DNA of 64,000 bases from Malacoraja senta (GCA_038087875.1 CM075990.1:9860001-9924000); one strand, 5' to 3'. Shown: positions 50,593 to 62,372, numbered from the stretch's first letter. Notes: generated by a model not told the origin, from the letters alone. Made by a program: numbers and translations.

Positions 50593-50726
50593 ATGCTAGA
50601 AATACTCACCAGGTCAGGCAGTACCTGTGAAGAGAAAATGGGTAACATTGAGGTCATCAATCTGAATTGTTAACTCTTGTTTGTCACTTACCGGATGTGG
50701 CCTGATCTACTGAGTATCTCCAGCAT
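50593..50726. mobile_element. Old Penelope terminal-repeat foldback in the putative USP54 3' UTR
   Basis: Arms atgctagaaatactcaccaggtcaggc (50593-50619) / gcctgatctactgagtatctccagcat (50700-50726). Confidence 0.7.
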
Positions 50727-51911
50727 CTGTACTGGCGATGGATGTTTAATGTTTTCATCTAAATTTTCTTTCTAATTTATCCAAGGTGTTGCAAATTTGA
50801 TTTGTTAGGTTACTGGTTTTACAAATAATGGAGCAAGGAATTGGATGGATCAGTAAGGTTCAGTAGAATCTCAGTTATTCTCTGAACCCTGTTGTTCTTT
50901 CAGTATGTATTTCTGCAGCAACTGATCAACTTCACGTGCAGGAATCTCAGATGTTGGAACTCGAAGTGTATTAAAAGATAAACCAGTGTGCAAATTCAGC
51001 TTTCTGTCCAGCTTTAATGCAATCCTAATTTGTTTGGTTGCATACTTGGTTTCTTGCCAATTGTGAACAAGTTTTTATTTTTGTAACACACATGTAAGAG
51101 CAAAAACACATTGACATTCACTGTCTTGTGAAAATGTATATAATAGAAACTCTATTTGATTTTGGATCTAATGTTAGAGTATGGATATTGTTTCACAGAG
51201 GGCCACCAGGGCTAAGATGCTGCTGGACACACAGAATAATGAAGGATGGAGGTTAAATGTAATTATTGAAGTGTGTGTGTGTTCTCGGACATTGAGCTTG
51301 AGTGTGATGATGTGACAAATAGTGGAAAAGGAGATTGGATGTATGAAGATCGGATAATTAGCAGGACGTTAGAAGGCAATGAGATGGCCATATTCAATGG
51401 GTTCCAGCCCCCAATCATCTGCTGGACCCAGAGGAGCTTGCCTTCAATTTCCTCTTATTCATCTATTATTTTTATGATGTGCATTATACTGCTTTGCGGA
51501 AGTTTGTAAAGCCTTGCCAATTTTCCAAACTGCTAAAGATCTATGTGAAGTGTCAGCAGTCAATGCTTAATATAAGCTGTTGTAATGTCTTCTGTTACAT
51601 GGAAGTAACTGTTCCACCAGTGAGAGGAAAGTTCTTTTCTGCTGTTCACACCCTTGTGTATATCTTGTAAAGATTACTGAAGTCAAAAGTTACTGGTGTA
51701 CAGTTGTGGAGTTGAAGAATTTATTGCAGAAAATGGTTTACAGATTTTTACTGTACTTTCATACTTGTCTGCTTAGAATGCTTGATATTATTGCTAATGT
51801 ATTCTTGTTAAAATGTGTACAGCTATTACAGCCGATGAAATGTGAACTGGAAAATGTATGTACCAATTGGTATTTAATTGCAGTGCTAGGAAATGCAACT
51901 CATATTTTTGC

Positions 51912-51917
51912 AATAAA
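51912..51917 (+). promoter_or_regulatory. Candidate USP54 polyadenylation signal
   Basis: AATAAA about 2 kb after the stop, at the end of mostly non-repetitive UTR-like sequence. Confidence 0.45.
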
Positions 51918-53329
51918 GTATCCAAATGTGCTTAGACTAGTCATTGATCTAAACCTGATAATGTGCCAAAGGTTAAAACATTTTTCTCTTTCCCTTTTGT
52001 GAATTGAGATTGGTAAAGAGGGCTTATTGATGAACTGCACAGATCAAGAAGAAAGAAGTTGTCTTTCATTTATAAAGCTCTCAAAGATTCTTCGCATTCA
52101 AAGTGCAGTCACTTGTTACACAGAGCAAGATGGCAAGTAATTTGCACGCAACTAGGACTAGGTGAATGAACAGCTAGATTATCATTAGTGAGTCAATTGA
52201 CATCCAAATGTAAGCCAGGATACTGAAAAAAAACCTTAGTAGTCTGAGGAAATATTGTTCATGGTATTTAAGCACCGACAAGGCCTTGGTTTATGTTTCA
52301 GCTCGGAGAATATAGTTCTCCTTCAGAACTACAATGATTCTGATCGATACGTTTAGAATAGTTAGAAGCCCACAGGATTGATCAAATAATAGTTGTGGTG
52401 TGACAATTAAGTTATCTCACAAATAATCCATAGACTTGAATTCAAATCAACCTTAGTTGCTGTGGAACTAATATACAGTTTGCTAATGCTGATCACAAAA
52501 TTATCAACGATGATCACAAAACTATCAGCTTGTTTGAAATAGTTATGTGCTTTACCAATGTCAGGGGAAGAAATGTGCTGTCCTTACCCGTGTGGCCTGA
52601 AATGCCTCCAGACCTACCAATATTAAGCACTCTTTGAAATTGCCTAGCAACACACACATTTCAAAGGTGAAGGGAACAGGCAAATTCTGGTCTTGTCAGT
52701 ATACTTAGGTGCCCAAAAATTATAAATTAAAAGAGAGATATATAAACGAGGGAAAATTGGCCAAGATACAAATTGGAACAATGCCACAAACGAATTGTAC
52801 AACCACTTAGCAAAATTCAGAGTTCAATTTTTTAATTAATCTTAAAATGTACATGAGCGTGTTTCACACAACTTGTGATCCTGTGTCACACAATGCTTAG
52901 GTCAAAGAACAAAGTTTCAGGGCTGCTTGCCACGTTTACAATCAGAATATCATGTTAGGTGGGGTGATTTGGCATGCAAATGTATGGTAACTAATCTGCA
53001 AGGAGTTTCAGCAAAGCTCCTCATTGAAATGTGTTGGGCTCAATTCAGCAGGTTGGGGAGAGAGGTGCATGTTTAAGAGTACCTTAATTGCCATTTAATT
53101 AACAGATATATAGCAGGGCTACATTTCCCCCCCTTTTTAGACATTTGATGTTTCTTTTTTATTGGCCTATTAAAATAAGAAATGCCTAGACTTCATTATC
53201 TGCACTTTAAATCTGTTCACAATAAACTATTGAGGGAATAACTGTTGTAAATGTAATTAGCATCCACAATATTTTGAGATCTCAGTGGTGGCTCAACTGT
53301 TTCAACTCAAGATGATTGGCAAGAGCTAG

Positions 53330-53500
53330 GCTGACATCTCATGGCAGAGAGCATGCCGGATTAACTTTGATGTGGTCTTTCGGAATGGCTGTCTGAGTGG
53401 TACCTGAAAAATCAGATGACACTATCAAAGAAGCAGAGAGCGTTTGCTAAATTTCCTAGTCAATATTTGTCTCAACTAGACCTGCTGGAACAGATTATTG
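53330..53500 (+). mobile_element. Ancient Deu-domain SINE remnant (SacSINE/AmnSINE-like)
   Basis: Resembles the recalled Deu core (…gacactatcaaagaagcagagag…tcctagtcaatatttgtctcaac…cagattat); similar remnants near 36650-36895 (+) and 52045-52330 (-). Confidence 0.4.
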
Positions 53501-53506
53501 AATCTG

Positions 53507-54890
53507 AATGCTGGAGAAACTCAGCGGGTGAGGCAGCATCTATGGAGTGAAGGAATAGGCGACGTTTTGGGTCGAGACCCTTCTTCAGACTGATGTCGGT
53601 GGGGGGGGGGGGGGAGAAAGGAAGAGGCGAAGGCTGTGGGAGAGCTGGGAAGGGGAGGGGAAGGAAAGAGAAAGCAAGGACTATCTGAAATTGGAGAAGT
53701 CAATGTTCATACCGCTGGGGTGTAAACTACCCAAGCAAAATATGAGGTGCTGCTCCTCTAATTTGCAGTGGAACTCACTCTGGCCATGGAGGATGCCCAG
53801 GACAGAAAAGTCAGATTCGGAAAGGGAGGGGGAATTGAAGTGCTGAGCCAACGGGAGATCAGTTTTGTTATTGCAAACTGAGCATAGGTATTGGGCGAAG
53901 CGATCGCCAAGCCTGCGCTTGGTCTCACTGATGTAGAGCAGTTTACACCTGGAACAGCGGATGCAGTAGATGAGGTTGGAGGAGGTGCAGGTGAACCTCT
54001 GCCTCACCTGGAAAGACTGCTTGGGTCCTTGGATGGAGTCGAGGGGGGAGGTAAAACGACAAGTGTAGCATTTCCTGCGGTTACAAGGGAAAGTACCAGG
54101 GAAGGGCGTGGTTTGGGTGGGAAGGGACGAATTGACCAGGGAGTTACGGAAGGTAGGGTCTCTACGGAAAGCAGAAAGGGGAGGAGATGGGAAGATGTGG
54201 CCAGTGGTGGGAACCCGTTGGAGGTGGCGAAAATGTCGGAGGATTATGTGTTGTATGCGATGGCTGGTAGGGTGGAAGGTGAGGACAAGGGGGACTCTGT
54301 CCTTGTTACGAGGGGGGGATGGGGAGTGAGAGCGGAGCTACGTGATACAGAGGAGACCCTGGTGAAAGCGTCATCAATAGTCGAAGAGGGGAACCCCCGT
54401 TCCCTAAAGAATGAGGACATCTCCAATGCCCTGGTTTGGAACACCTCATCCTGGGTGCAGATGCGGCGTAGACGGAGGAATTGGGAGTAAGGGATAGAGT
54501 CCTTACAAGAAGTAGGGTGGGAAGAAGTGTAGTCCAGATAGCCATGGGAGTCAGTGGGTTTATAGTAGATGTTGGTCAGTAGTCTGTTACCTGCGATGGA
54601 GATGGTGAGGTCTAGAAACGGGAGGGAGATGTCGGAAATGGTCCAGGTGAATTTGAGTGCTAGATGGAAGTTAGTGGTGAAGTGGATGAAGTCAGTGAGT
54701 TCTGTATGGGTGCAGGAGGTAGCACCAATGCTGTCGTCAATGTAGCGGAGCTAGAGTTCGGGGATAGGGCCACGGTATGCCTCGAACAAGGATTGTTCGA
54801 TGTACCCTACAAAGAGGAAGGCATAGCTGGGGCCCATGCGCGTCCTTTGACTCCTCCCATTTCCACCAAATCCAAGGCGTAGCTATGGGG
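53507..54890 (-). mobile_element. Penelope-like retroelement, 5'-truncated, RT plus GIY-YIG endonuclease, with short 5' inversion
   Basis: Minus strand gives TRMGPSYA, RYIDD, and NLIYCIRCSRCKLLYISETKRRLGDRF...HFN...EEQHLI...GMN. The terminal repeat has a hammerhead core mutated GAAA>AAAA. 54843-54890 is inverted. Confidence 0.92.
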
Positions 54891-55040
54891 CAGAAACCTC
54901 TTATCCTATGCATGCCATTTAGGACTTTTCCAACTATTAGGTTAAAATTGAATTCCATATTTAAGGAGAGCATTTCTCTCTTTTGTCTCATCACCATTGT
55001 CTCCCCAATCCAGCTCAATGTCCTTTCTTCAACCATAAAG

Positions 55041-56078
55041 TAGGTATGTTACAAAACTTACCTTCAGCGGCGCTGCAGTTCTGTCACTGGCCGTGTGTGT
55101 GACTTTGGCGCCTTTGAGGAGGGGGGCGGGATTAAAATGCCGTTTTCTCCTGCCTGTCCGAGATATATTTTCTTGGGCTGCTACCTGATGCTGAAAATTC
55201 GTTCCGACTGCCGTTCTCGGAATTTTTTTTTAAAACCCCGCGGGACAATTTCAGCGCTGGAGTAAAATAAAAAGCGTCAACGCTTCTAACGCAGGCAATG
55301 GAACGGATCTCACGTACGGGACAAAGCAAGGTAAGTCGTCTATTTTACATATAAACTTGCTTCTTAGGATGACTTTAATCAAAATTTCACGTTGCGAAAA
55401 TGTGATTTGGGCCCCATACGAACCGGCAGTGTTTTTACTGCCGATATGGGGTTTAAATTCACTGCAAACCGCAACGTTCCAATCGATCGCGTTCCACAAA
55501 AACCCACTCGCAAGATGATTAAAATGGCCATTCATTTACGGGAATTAAACAATAAATTCCTTCCATTTGGCCTATAAATTCATGACAATGAGATATAAAA
55601 ATCATGTTATATTGTGAATTCTTGTGTGAATGTTATTTGGACACTAAGGCTATTTAAAAATGTTAACCTTTTCTTAAGAAATGGATAGATGTTTAGATCT
55701 AGTAATTGAATTTTGTAATTAGCTACAATTAGGTAACTAACTAATTATATGCTTTAATTTCAGGTCATCCAAGTAAGATTGTTTCATATTTGTTTCAGAA
55801 TGCTTCAATCTATAATAACTGAACATTTCTTCCAGTTCTCTTAATTTTTAAGAAAGTTATGGGCTTTTGACTGTCCTCGATCACAGTTTTTGAGTTAAGT
55901 CAATGGAAAAGTAATAGGGAACAAGATGCTAATTTCAGAGTATGAAAATGGCCATAACTTTTTTAATACTGGATATGAAAGTGAATTAGGTGTCAAATTA
56001 AACTTCTTTTTATGCTTTATCTGATGGGATAAATTGCAGACTTGATTTTTAAAATCTCAAAATGTTGTAACATTGCTG
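55041..56078. mobile_element. Non-autonomous TIR DNA transposon (hAT-like) with 7-bp TSD
   Basis: Imperfect TIR TAGGTATGTTACAA / TTGTAACATTGCTG; TSD CATAAAG (55034-55040, 56079-56085); CpG-rich left half. Confidence 0.75.
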
Positions 56079-57078
56079 CATAAAGAACATTAATTTTTGG
56101 CATAACGAGCAGCTTTTCACAGCTGTTCTCCATTGGGAATTGTTTCAGTTTTTCCTTTTAGAAGAATAACCTTGTCAATTCCAGTTTTAATTGCAACTCC
56201 AGTTTACTGACTACTCTTCTCTGACTTTGGCAGCTTTGCCCTGAGGTGTCAGCTCCATCACAGAATATTAAGCGTGAAATGCCAAATAGTTCAAAGCTTC
56301 CAGATGACAATCCTCTGAGGATGTGGCCTTCTGAATAAAAAAACCTACTGTGAAAGATAAATATCTTCATAAACAACTGAACTTCTCATTTGCATGATCG
56401 GGTAAGTAGACACATTTCAAGAGGTAGTTGATGTTCTTCAATTCTCCACCAGATTGATGCTAAAGAACCATAGTTTTCAGAAAATCACAGGCCACGCCTT
56501 TGTTTTCCACTGCCATCCTCATGAAATTCAGGAAGACTTCTGTGTAACTGCTCCATTCACCACATTTTTACAGGCCATTTGGTTTATTTACAGATACATG
56601 TGAAGCTGAACCTTCAATAACCTGATAACTATCTTTGTGTCCTTTGGATTTTTTAAAATTAATGTGTGGTATGTAAGTGGTTTGTTGCTCTTGAAGTAGT
56701 GGTATTGAACCCGGGCTGCTGTAGACAGGGTTAATTTGTGGTATGTAAGTGCCTCCAAAGTGTTGTCAGGAAGGGATTTCAAAGATTTTGTTTCACTGGT
56801 GATAAATGAGTAGCAATTTACTTCCAAGGCTTTGGGATGGAATAACATTATTCGATGCAATAATTTAATTACAATAATCACTTCATCACCATTTCAGAAT
56901 AAGAAACTTGAAAGTGTTTGAGTTTCAGGAAGTATGACTGAGGTTGCAGTTTTGTTGGCTTTCAGAAGTTGGATATTTGTATTCCCTTTTTTGAAGCAAT
57001 TCCATATATCAATAATAATTCAAAGAATCAGCATGAATACAATTGGCAAAATGGCGAACCCCTGTACAGTCAAAGTCT

Positions 57079-57153
57079 TTTATTGAGAAAAACAATCTAC
57101 TAAATATGATGTTGTGTAAAAACAATGATCTCCAAGACATGGAAAAGTTTATT
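57079..57153 (-). promoter_or_regulatory. Candidate ABCG2-like polyadenylation signals
   Basis: TTTATT at 57148-57153 and 57079-57084 (AATAAA on - strand), 0.7-0.8 kb after the stop. Confidence 0.4.
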
Positions 57154-57547
57154 AATTTGTTCAGGAACATTGATCAACTTACATGACATGGCATTGGGGA
57201 AAGAAAAATATTGACAAGGACATGAATCCAGAGCAAATTGAGGAGAAAATGCAACCCTGGAAGAATACATATTGTTACAGTTTATGTCACGTGGTCATAG
57301 TTATACAGGCAAATTATATAAGCACTTAACTTTTGTTATGAGGTAAAAATCCAAAGTCCCAATGCGTTACATAAATGATTGCAGCAACAACCAATTATCA
57401 GAAGTAGTTTGGCAATGTCTGTTTATAATTATTAACTAGATGTCCCACTGAAAGTTAATTGTCGTGTCATTGCTAAAGGAGGACAAATACTAAACAAAAA
57501 AGTGCTAAAGCAATTAGTTTCATTTTACAAAATTCCCTCAAAGATAT

Positions 57548-57790
57548 CACAGATACTAGAAATCTGAAATGAAAACCCAATGTTGTAAATACTCATTAAG
57601 TCTGGCAGCATCAGTAATGAGAGGAACACAATTAATATCCTAGGTCAATTACTTTTATCAGAACCAATACCTTTTCATCGGCATTGAACTGATGAAAGGT
57701 CATTGATCTTAAATGTTCACCTCTCTCTTCAGATACTGCTTGAGTTGTCAAGTAGTTCCAGCGTTTCATGGTTTCATTATATATTTCATT
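57548..57790. mobile_element. Old Penelope terminal-repeat foldback in the putative ABCG2-like 3' UTR
   Basis: aaatactcattaagtctggcagcatc ... ctgatgaaaggtcattgatc ... agatactgcttgagttgtcaagtagttccagc. Confidence 0.6.
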
Positions 57791-57884
57791 TCCGAACAAT
57801 GTTATAATGTCTCTGCGATTGCAAGGCAAAGAGTAAAAGTACACCAGGAACACAACCAAATACTCAGTAAACAAAATTAACTCC

Positions 57885-58032
57885 TTATTTCCACTTGTCA
57901 ATTCTTAAAAGCTGTATAAATGACAGAAGTAAGAATATTATCATTAGACAGAAAAGGGCAAGTTGATTTTGCCAGAATCCCCAGACGCTGTAATCAATAC
58001 CTTGCTCAATCATGTAGATCTCTCCAGGAATC
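57885..58032 (-). CDS. ABCG2: ABCG2-like transporter, last coding exon (TM6)
   Basis: cag|(M)IPGEIYMIEQGIDYSVWGFWQNQLALFCLMIIFLLLSFIQLLRIDKWK*; phase 2. Confidence 0.92.
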
Positions 58033-58648
58033 CTGCAAAATACAGATTGGAGATCATAGTAGTACAATCTGATCAGATAACAGTAAAACACAAGGAAATA
58101 ATTAACTGTAACAGTAAACATCTCCAGGCGTAGTGCAATTGAGGTCAACATCCCAAAGGTGCATTTCACTTGAATTTTAAGGATATGTCTTCATTTGGAA
58201 TAATTCCCCTTTCATTGTCAACTCCATTCATGATTCCATGATGCCAGTGAAGTCATATTCTTGATCCTATTCCATTATAAAGTAAGCCAAATGCCACGTT
58301 TTGGCTACTACAGACCTCATGGATCACTGCTTTGACCTGGGATCTGACTGCAGAAAATTTATCCCAAATGAGCAATATCGTAATCAAAGCAGTGGTTGTA
58401 TGTGAGGGTGAGATTTGATTGGGTTGTGATGTTTAAAATAATGAATGGAATGGAGAGAGTTATCAAGGAATTATTCTACCCCCATCACTTTCATCGTGGT
58501 TCTTCAGAATAAGAGATACATTTAAATATGAATCCAGGAAAACATGCCATAAAATTAAATTAAAATTAAAGGGTCAGGAGCCAGGGCTGTTAAATGATGC
58601 AACTGCATGTCATTTAGAACCACGATCAACAGTACTCTTTCCTTAGGA

Positions 58649-58783
58649 CTTCTTGCGTATGGCATGCACAGCCTAAAGTTGTAGGAAAACTTGTTCTATT
58701 TGATCTTATTTGATTGTGCACACCAGGTTGATTGCATTCGTCGAAACAGGGCGGACCACGTGAAAGTTGCAATCTTCCACCCC
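58649..58783 (-). repeat. Dispersed repeat with (GAA)n tail, copy 2
   Basis: Closely similar to 36444-36558; internal hairpin gattgca...tgcaatc. Confidence 0.7.
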
Positions 58784-58859
58784 TTTCCTTAGGACAATGT
58801 GGCTTAATTCCTTGAGCAAAGTTGCAGTGCTGCTTGAGAATTGACATTGCCCCATCTGT

Positions 58860-59222
58860 AATAGTGAAAGGCTTGGATAGAGTGGATGAGGAGAGAATGT
58901 TTCCACGAATGGGAGAGTCTAGGACCCGATGTCATACCCTAAGAATTAAAGGGCGGTCCTTTAGGAAGGAGATGAGGAGAAATGTCTTTAGTCAGAGGGT
59001 GGTGAATCTGTGGAATTCTTGGCACAGGATGCTGTGGAGGCCGTCAATGGATATTTTAAGGCAGAGATGGATAGATTCTTGATTAGTATGGGTGTTAGGG
59101 GTTATGGGGAGAAGGCATGAGAATGGGGTTAGGAGGGAGAGATAGATCAGCCATGATTGAATGGCGGAGTAGACTTGATAGGCCAAATGGCCCAATTCTG
59201 CTCCTATCACTTATGACCATAT
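58860..59222 (+). mobile_element. CR1 LINE 3' fragment
   Basis: IVKGLDRVDEERMFP...RRNVFSQRVVNLWNS; CR1 3' UTR ending ctgctcctatcacttatg. Confidence 0.88.
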
Positions 59223-59645
59223 GTAACTGATGTAAACATCATGATTGGTACCAGAAGGCTTTGCAAGCAGAAGTATCCAGCTGAATTTCCAGAGTCGCAC
59301 CATAAGAAATGTTGCAATTATTTTCCCACTCAAAATAGCTTTTTTTCAGTGCTATGCATCTGAAAATTGCTTTTAAGAATGAATTTCTAAACAACTTTGC
59401 TCTGCAACGCACAACGTCTGAAATAAACACATCACAAGGTTAAGATTCACATTTATTGACCATGTGACTATTATAATTGCATATCCAATGCTGCTCACTT
59501 TTATATTTCATTTTCAAATATGAAATGAAACTTTCCACAGCTGGATTCCTAATCTGTGCTAGCTGCCTATTTGGCACTTATAAAAGATCATTTATTCATT
59601 AGAGTTAAAAATGTTAATTCAAGTAGCTAAAATCCAAATACTCAC

Positions 59646-59698
59646 ATTGTTGAATTTGTGTAAAATATTTGTCCTTTTAGTTCATTGATTATCAGTGC
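59646..59698 (-). CDS. ABCG2: ABCG2-like coding exon (extracellular loop 3)
   Basis: cag|ALIINELKGQIFYTNST|gtgagt; 53 nt, phase 0/2. Confidence 0.88.
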
Positions 59699-60256
59699 CT
59701 GTGGAAAAATATGACGTTAAATAGTTGTCCAAACATGAACTATTTAGTGCAAATGGATTATGAAACTGTTTTAAAGCTAAAATTTAATAGTTTTCTATAG
59801 TATCTGTTACTTGATCATCCCGTGAACCTCCCATGGTTGAATGGAACGTACTGTGTGTTGGGAATAGTTGGCAGATCTGTCCAACTGAAAATTAGGAAAC
59901 CATATTCGGCCTCATACATCAGTGCTCCCTTGGCCACTGATGCCTCTCCATATGTTTCCAATCTTTTATATAACTTTAAAACAGAAACTGTCATCACAGA
60001 TTCAATTTAAAGCCCCTGTCCTGTTCTAAAGCAATTCCCAAGATGTTATCATGAAATGTGCTTGGGGACAGGCTCTTTATTGCATCCCATGCTTTGGTTA
60101 CAGTTTCTAAAGTTACACGCAGGCAACTGCTTGTCATTAGGAAATATTAAATGCATTTTGCCTCTCAATTTCTTTCTTACATTTGAATTTTTACTGCTGG
60201 TGTCTGTTGCTAGATTCGAACTCCACCTCAGCTGACTCCATCAGTGCACTCCTAGT

Positions 60257-60435
60257 AGATAGACACAGAATGCTGGAGTAACTCAGTGGGTCAGGCAGCA
60301 TCTCTGGCAAAAAGGAATAGGTGACGTTTCAGGTTGAGACCTTTCCTCACCTGTCCCTTTTCACCAAAGATGCTGCCTGACCTGCTGAATTACACCAGCA
60401 TTTTGTGTCCATCTTTGCTGCAGTTCTTTCATTCA
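60257..60435. mobile_element. Penelope terminal-repeat foldback insertion
   Basis: 18-bp TSD CATCAGTGCACTC(C/G)TAGT (60239-60256, 60436-60453); arms gggtcaggcagcatct / agatgctgcctgacc. Confidence 0.85.
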
Positions 60436-60769
60436 CATCAGTGCACTCGTAGTCCTGTCCTCCCTTGGCATTCTGAAGACTTTTGCAGTCCTTCTGCTTT
60501 GAGTCAGTCCAACCTTATCCAACTCCTCGGTCCTGGTGACCTGAACATGCTTCATCCTCTGACCAAACATCCCCACTTGTTCTGACTTTGATTTTTAAGG
60601 CATCTTATTTTCTGACAGCTTACCCACAATGTCTCCACAAAAATGTCCCCTCAAAGCCAATTCAGACAATTAACTGTATGGAGGACAATGAGAGTAAGGT
60701 CATCTTACCATCCAACAGTTCTGGTCAATTGGACTCCAGTAAACCAAGCCAACACCCAAAGTACCTGGT

Positions 60770-61030
60770 GAGTTTCATTGTCTGTATAACTTGTTGTCAC
60801 CTAGCCCATAGCTAACAACCATTGTTACTTTTTTGTATATTCTTCATTAATTTATTCTATACCTCTCTATATCACTGTTTATATCTCTCGTTTCCCTTTC
60901 CCCTCAGTCTGAAGAAAGGGCTCGAAGGGGCTATTCATTTTCTCCAGCGATGCTGTCTGACCCGCTGAGTTACTCCAGCTTTTTATGTCAATCTTTGGTT
61001 TAAACCAGCATCTGCAGTTCCTTCCTACCC
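60770..61030 (+). mobile_element. Penelope-family 3' fragment
   Basis: cagtctgaagaa...gatgctgtctgacccgctgagttactccagc...ccagcatctgcagttcc. Confidence 0.7.
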
Positions 61031-61119
61031 AAAGTTACGTTTTTAAATAAAGTCCTAATGCAAGTGCAGGCATTCTATTTTCTTTTTAATAAATATGTTT
61101 GGAAAGAAATGTTTCTTAC

Positions 61120-61209
61120 TTTCAAACCATAAGCGACTATACTCATCCACTTCAACCAAGACAGCCAACGCAGCATTTCATTTAAGTTCACCAGAAAGCC
61201 TCCAAACAC
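61120..61209 (-). CDS. ABCG2: ABCG2-like coding exon
   Basis: cag|VFGGFLVNLNEMLRWLSWLKWMSIVAYGLK|gtaaga; 90 nt, phase 0/0. Confidence 0.93.
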
Positions 61210-61302
61210 CTGCAAAGAAGGAGCACCGTAGTTCAGTAATTGCAGATGGCTGAGGGAGGTCACTGGAAGTTATTGAGGAATGTTTATGATTTAGATTCTT
61301 AC

Positions 61303-61457
61303 CATCATGAAGACATATGGGAGGGCGATCAGAGCATTGGCTGTTGCAAAGGTGCTGACACTTGCACTGACTAGGAAGGCCATACTCACTGCTGACAAAC
61401 TACTGAGACTGAGGGTCAAGTAGAACAGAAAAAACGAACCAATATCCTGTTTCAAGC
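61303..61457 (-). CDS. ABCG2: ABCG2-like coding exon (TM4-TM5)
   Basis: cag|(G)LKQDIGSFFLFYLTLSLSSLSAVSMAFLVSASVSTFATANALIALPYVFMM|gtaaga; 155 nt, phase 1/0. Confidence 0.93.
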
Positions 61458-61854
61458 CTGTGTTGAAAACATTGGGGTTGAAAATGTGTGGTACAGTGCT
61501 AGTATTGATTTAAATAAACTATTTTAAATGGATGTATTACTGATTTTATTACAGGTGCATTGCTCTAAGGCAGTTATTCAGAAAATCTTTTCACAACTTG
61601 TAACTAATATCACATATGCCTGGTCAACACAACCTAAATGGAAGAACAACTGATGTCAATGCAGGTGGGTTTGTTTTAAAATCAGCCAGACTTCATTAAA
61701 AAGGCACATGTTGAGTGTGGTGAAAAACTTACTTGTATATTCAGTGGGGAACAAACATGCTAGTCTTTAGTGGGCAAGTTGTGAAATAGTTTTAAAAAAA
61801 TTGTGTGAACGTTTGAGGTTCTGGCATTATGGAACAATAATGATCACAGTTTTA

Positions 61855-62372
61855 GATCAAACCTTTGCGCACCTCTTCGCAGAGTGTGGATTTGTGAAGA
61901 GAATCTTGAGAATAATGTAAGGGTCCTTGTCACGGTTCATCCAGGGGACTCTAATTTACGAGCTGTTCCCAGGGACATATTCAGAGAAGGACACAAGTGC
62001 TGTTGGAAGATCATCAGCTTGGTGAAAGAAGCTGTTTGGTCTGTCTGGAACGCTTTGACCTCCCAGCAGATCAAGATGTCCATCAGGGAATATTGCTGGC
62101 TGGCCCATTCAAGACTACTTGCTGAAGCTTGGTGCAGCCAACGTGGAGGATCTAGGGTCCTCTCGCTGTGGGACATTGAGGGACAAAGTCCAGGAGGGAC
62201 ACCCCCCCAAAAAAGGGAATGGATATCGCCCTAGGGGGCCAACCAAGGGTGCTTGTTGCGAACACGACTTATGAATGTATAGACGCTGAGAATGTCAGAG
62301 AAGTTTTTGCACTGTTCTTGTCTTGCATATGTTTTGTATATTTTTTAAATTCTGAATAAAGTTTATTTTTTT
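61855..62372 (+). mobile_element. Tx1/L1-like LINE 3' remnant
   Basis: HLFAEC knuckle remnant, WKIISLVKEAVWSVWN, terminal aataaagtttattttt. Confidence 0.6.

Noticed and set aside
53555..53592. Active hammerhead in the large Penelope copy
   Set aside because: The catalytic GAAA box reads AAAA (G12 lost, consistent with CpG decay)
53891..54490. 199-aa + strand ORF
   Set aside because: Antisense shadow of the Penelope RT/endonuclease frame
58725..58778. Hairpin containing GAAAC as a possible hammerhead or HDV-like ribozyme
   Set aside because: No CUGANGA box and no HDV pseudoknot pairing found; treated as a retroposon 3' hairpin
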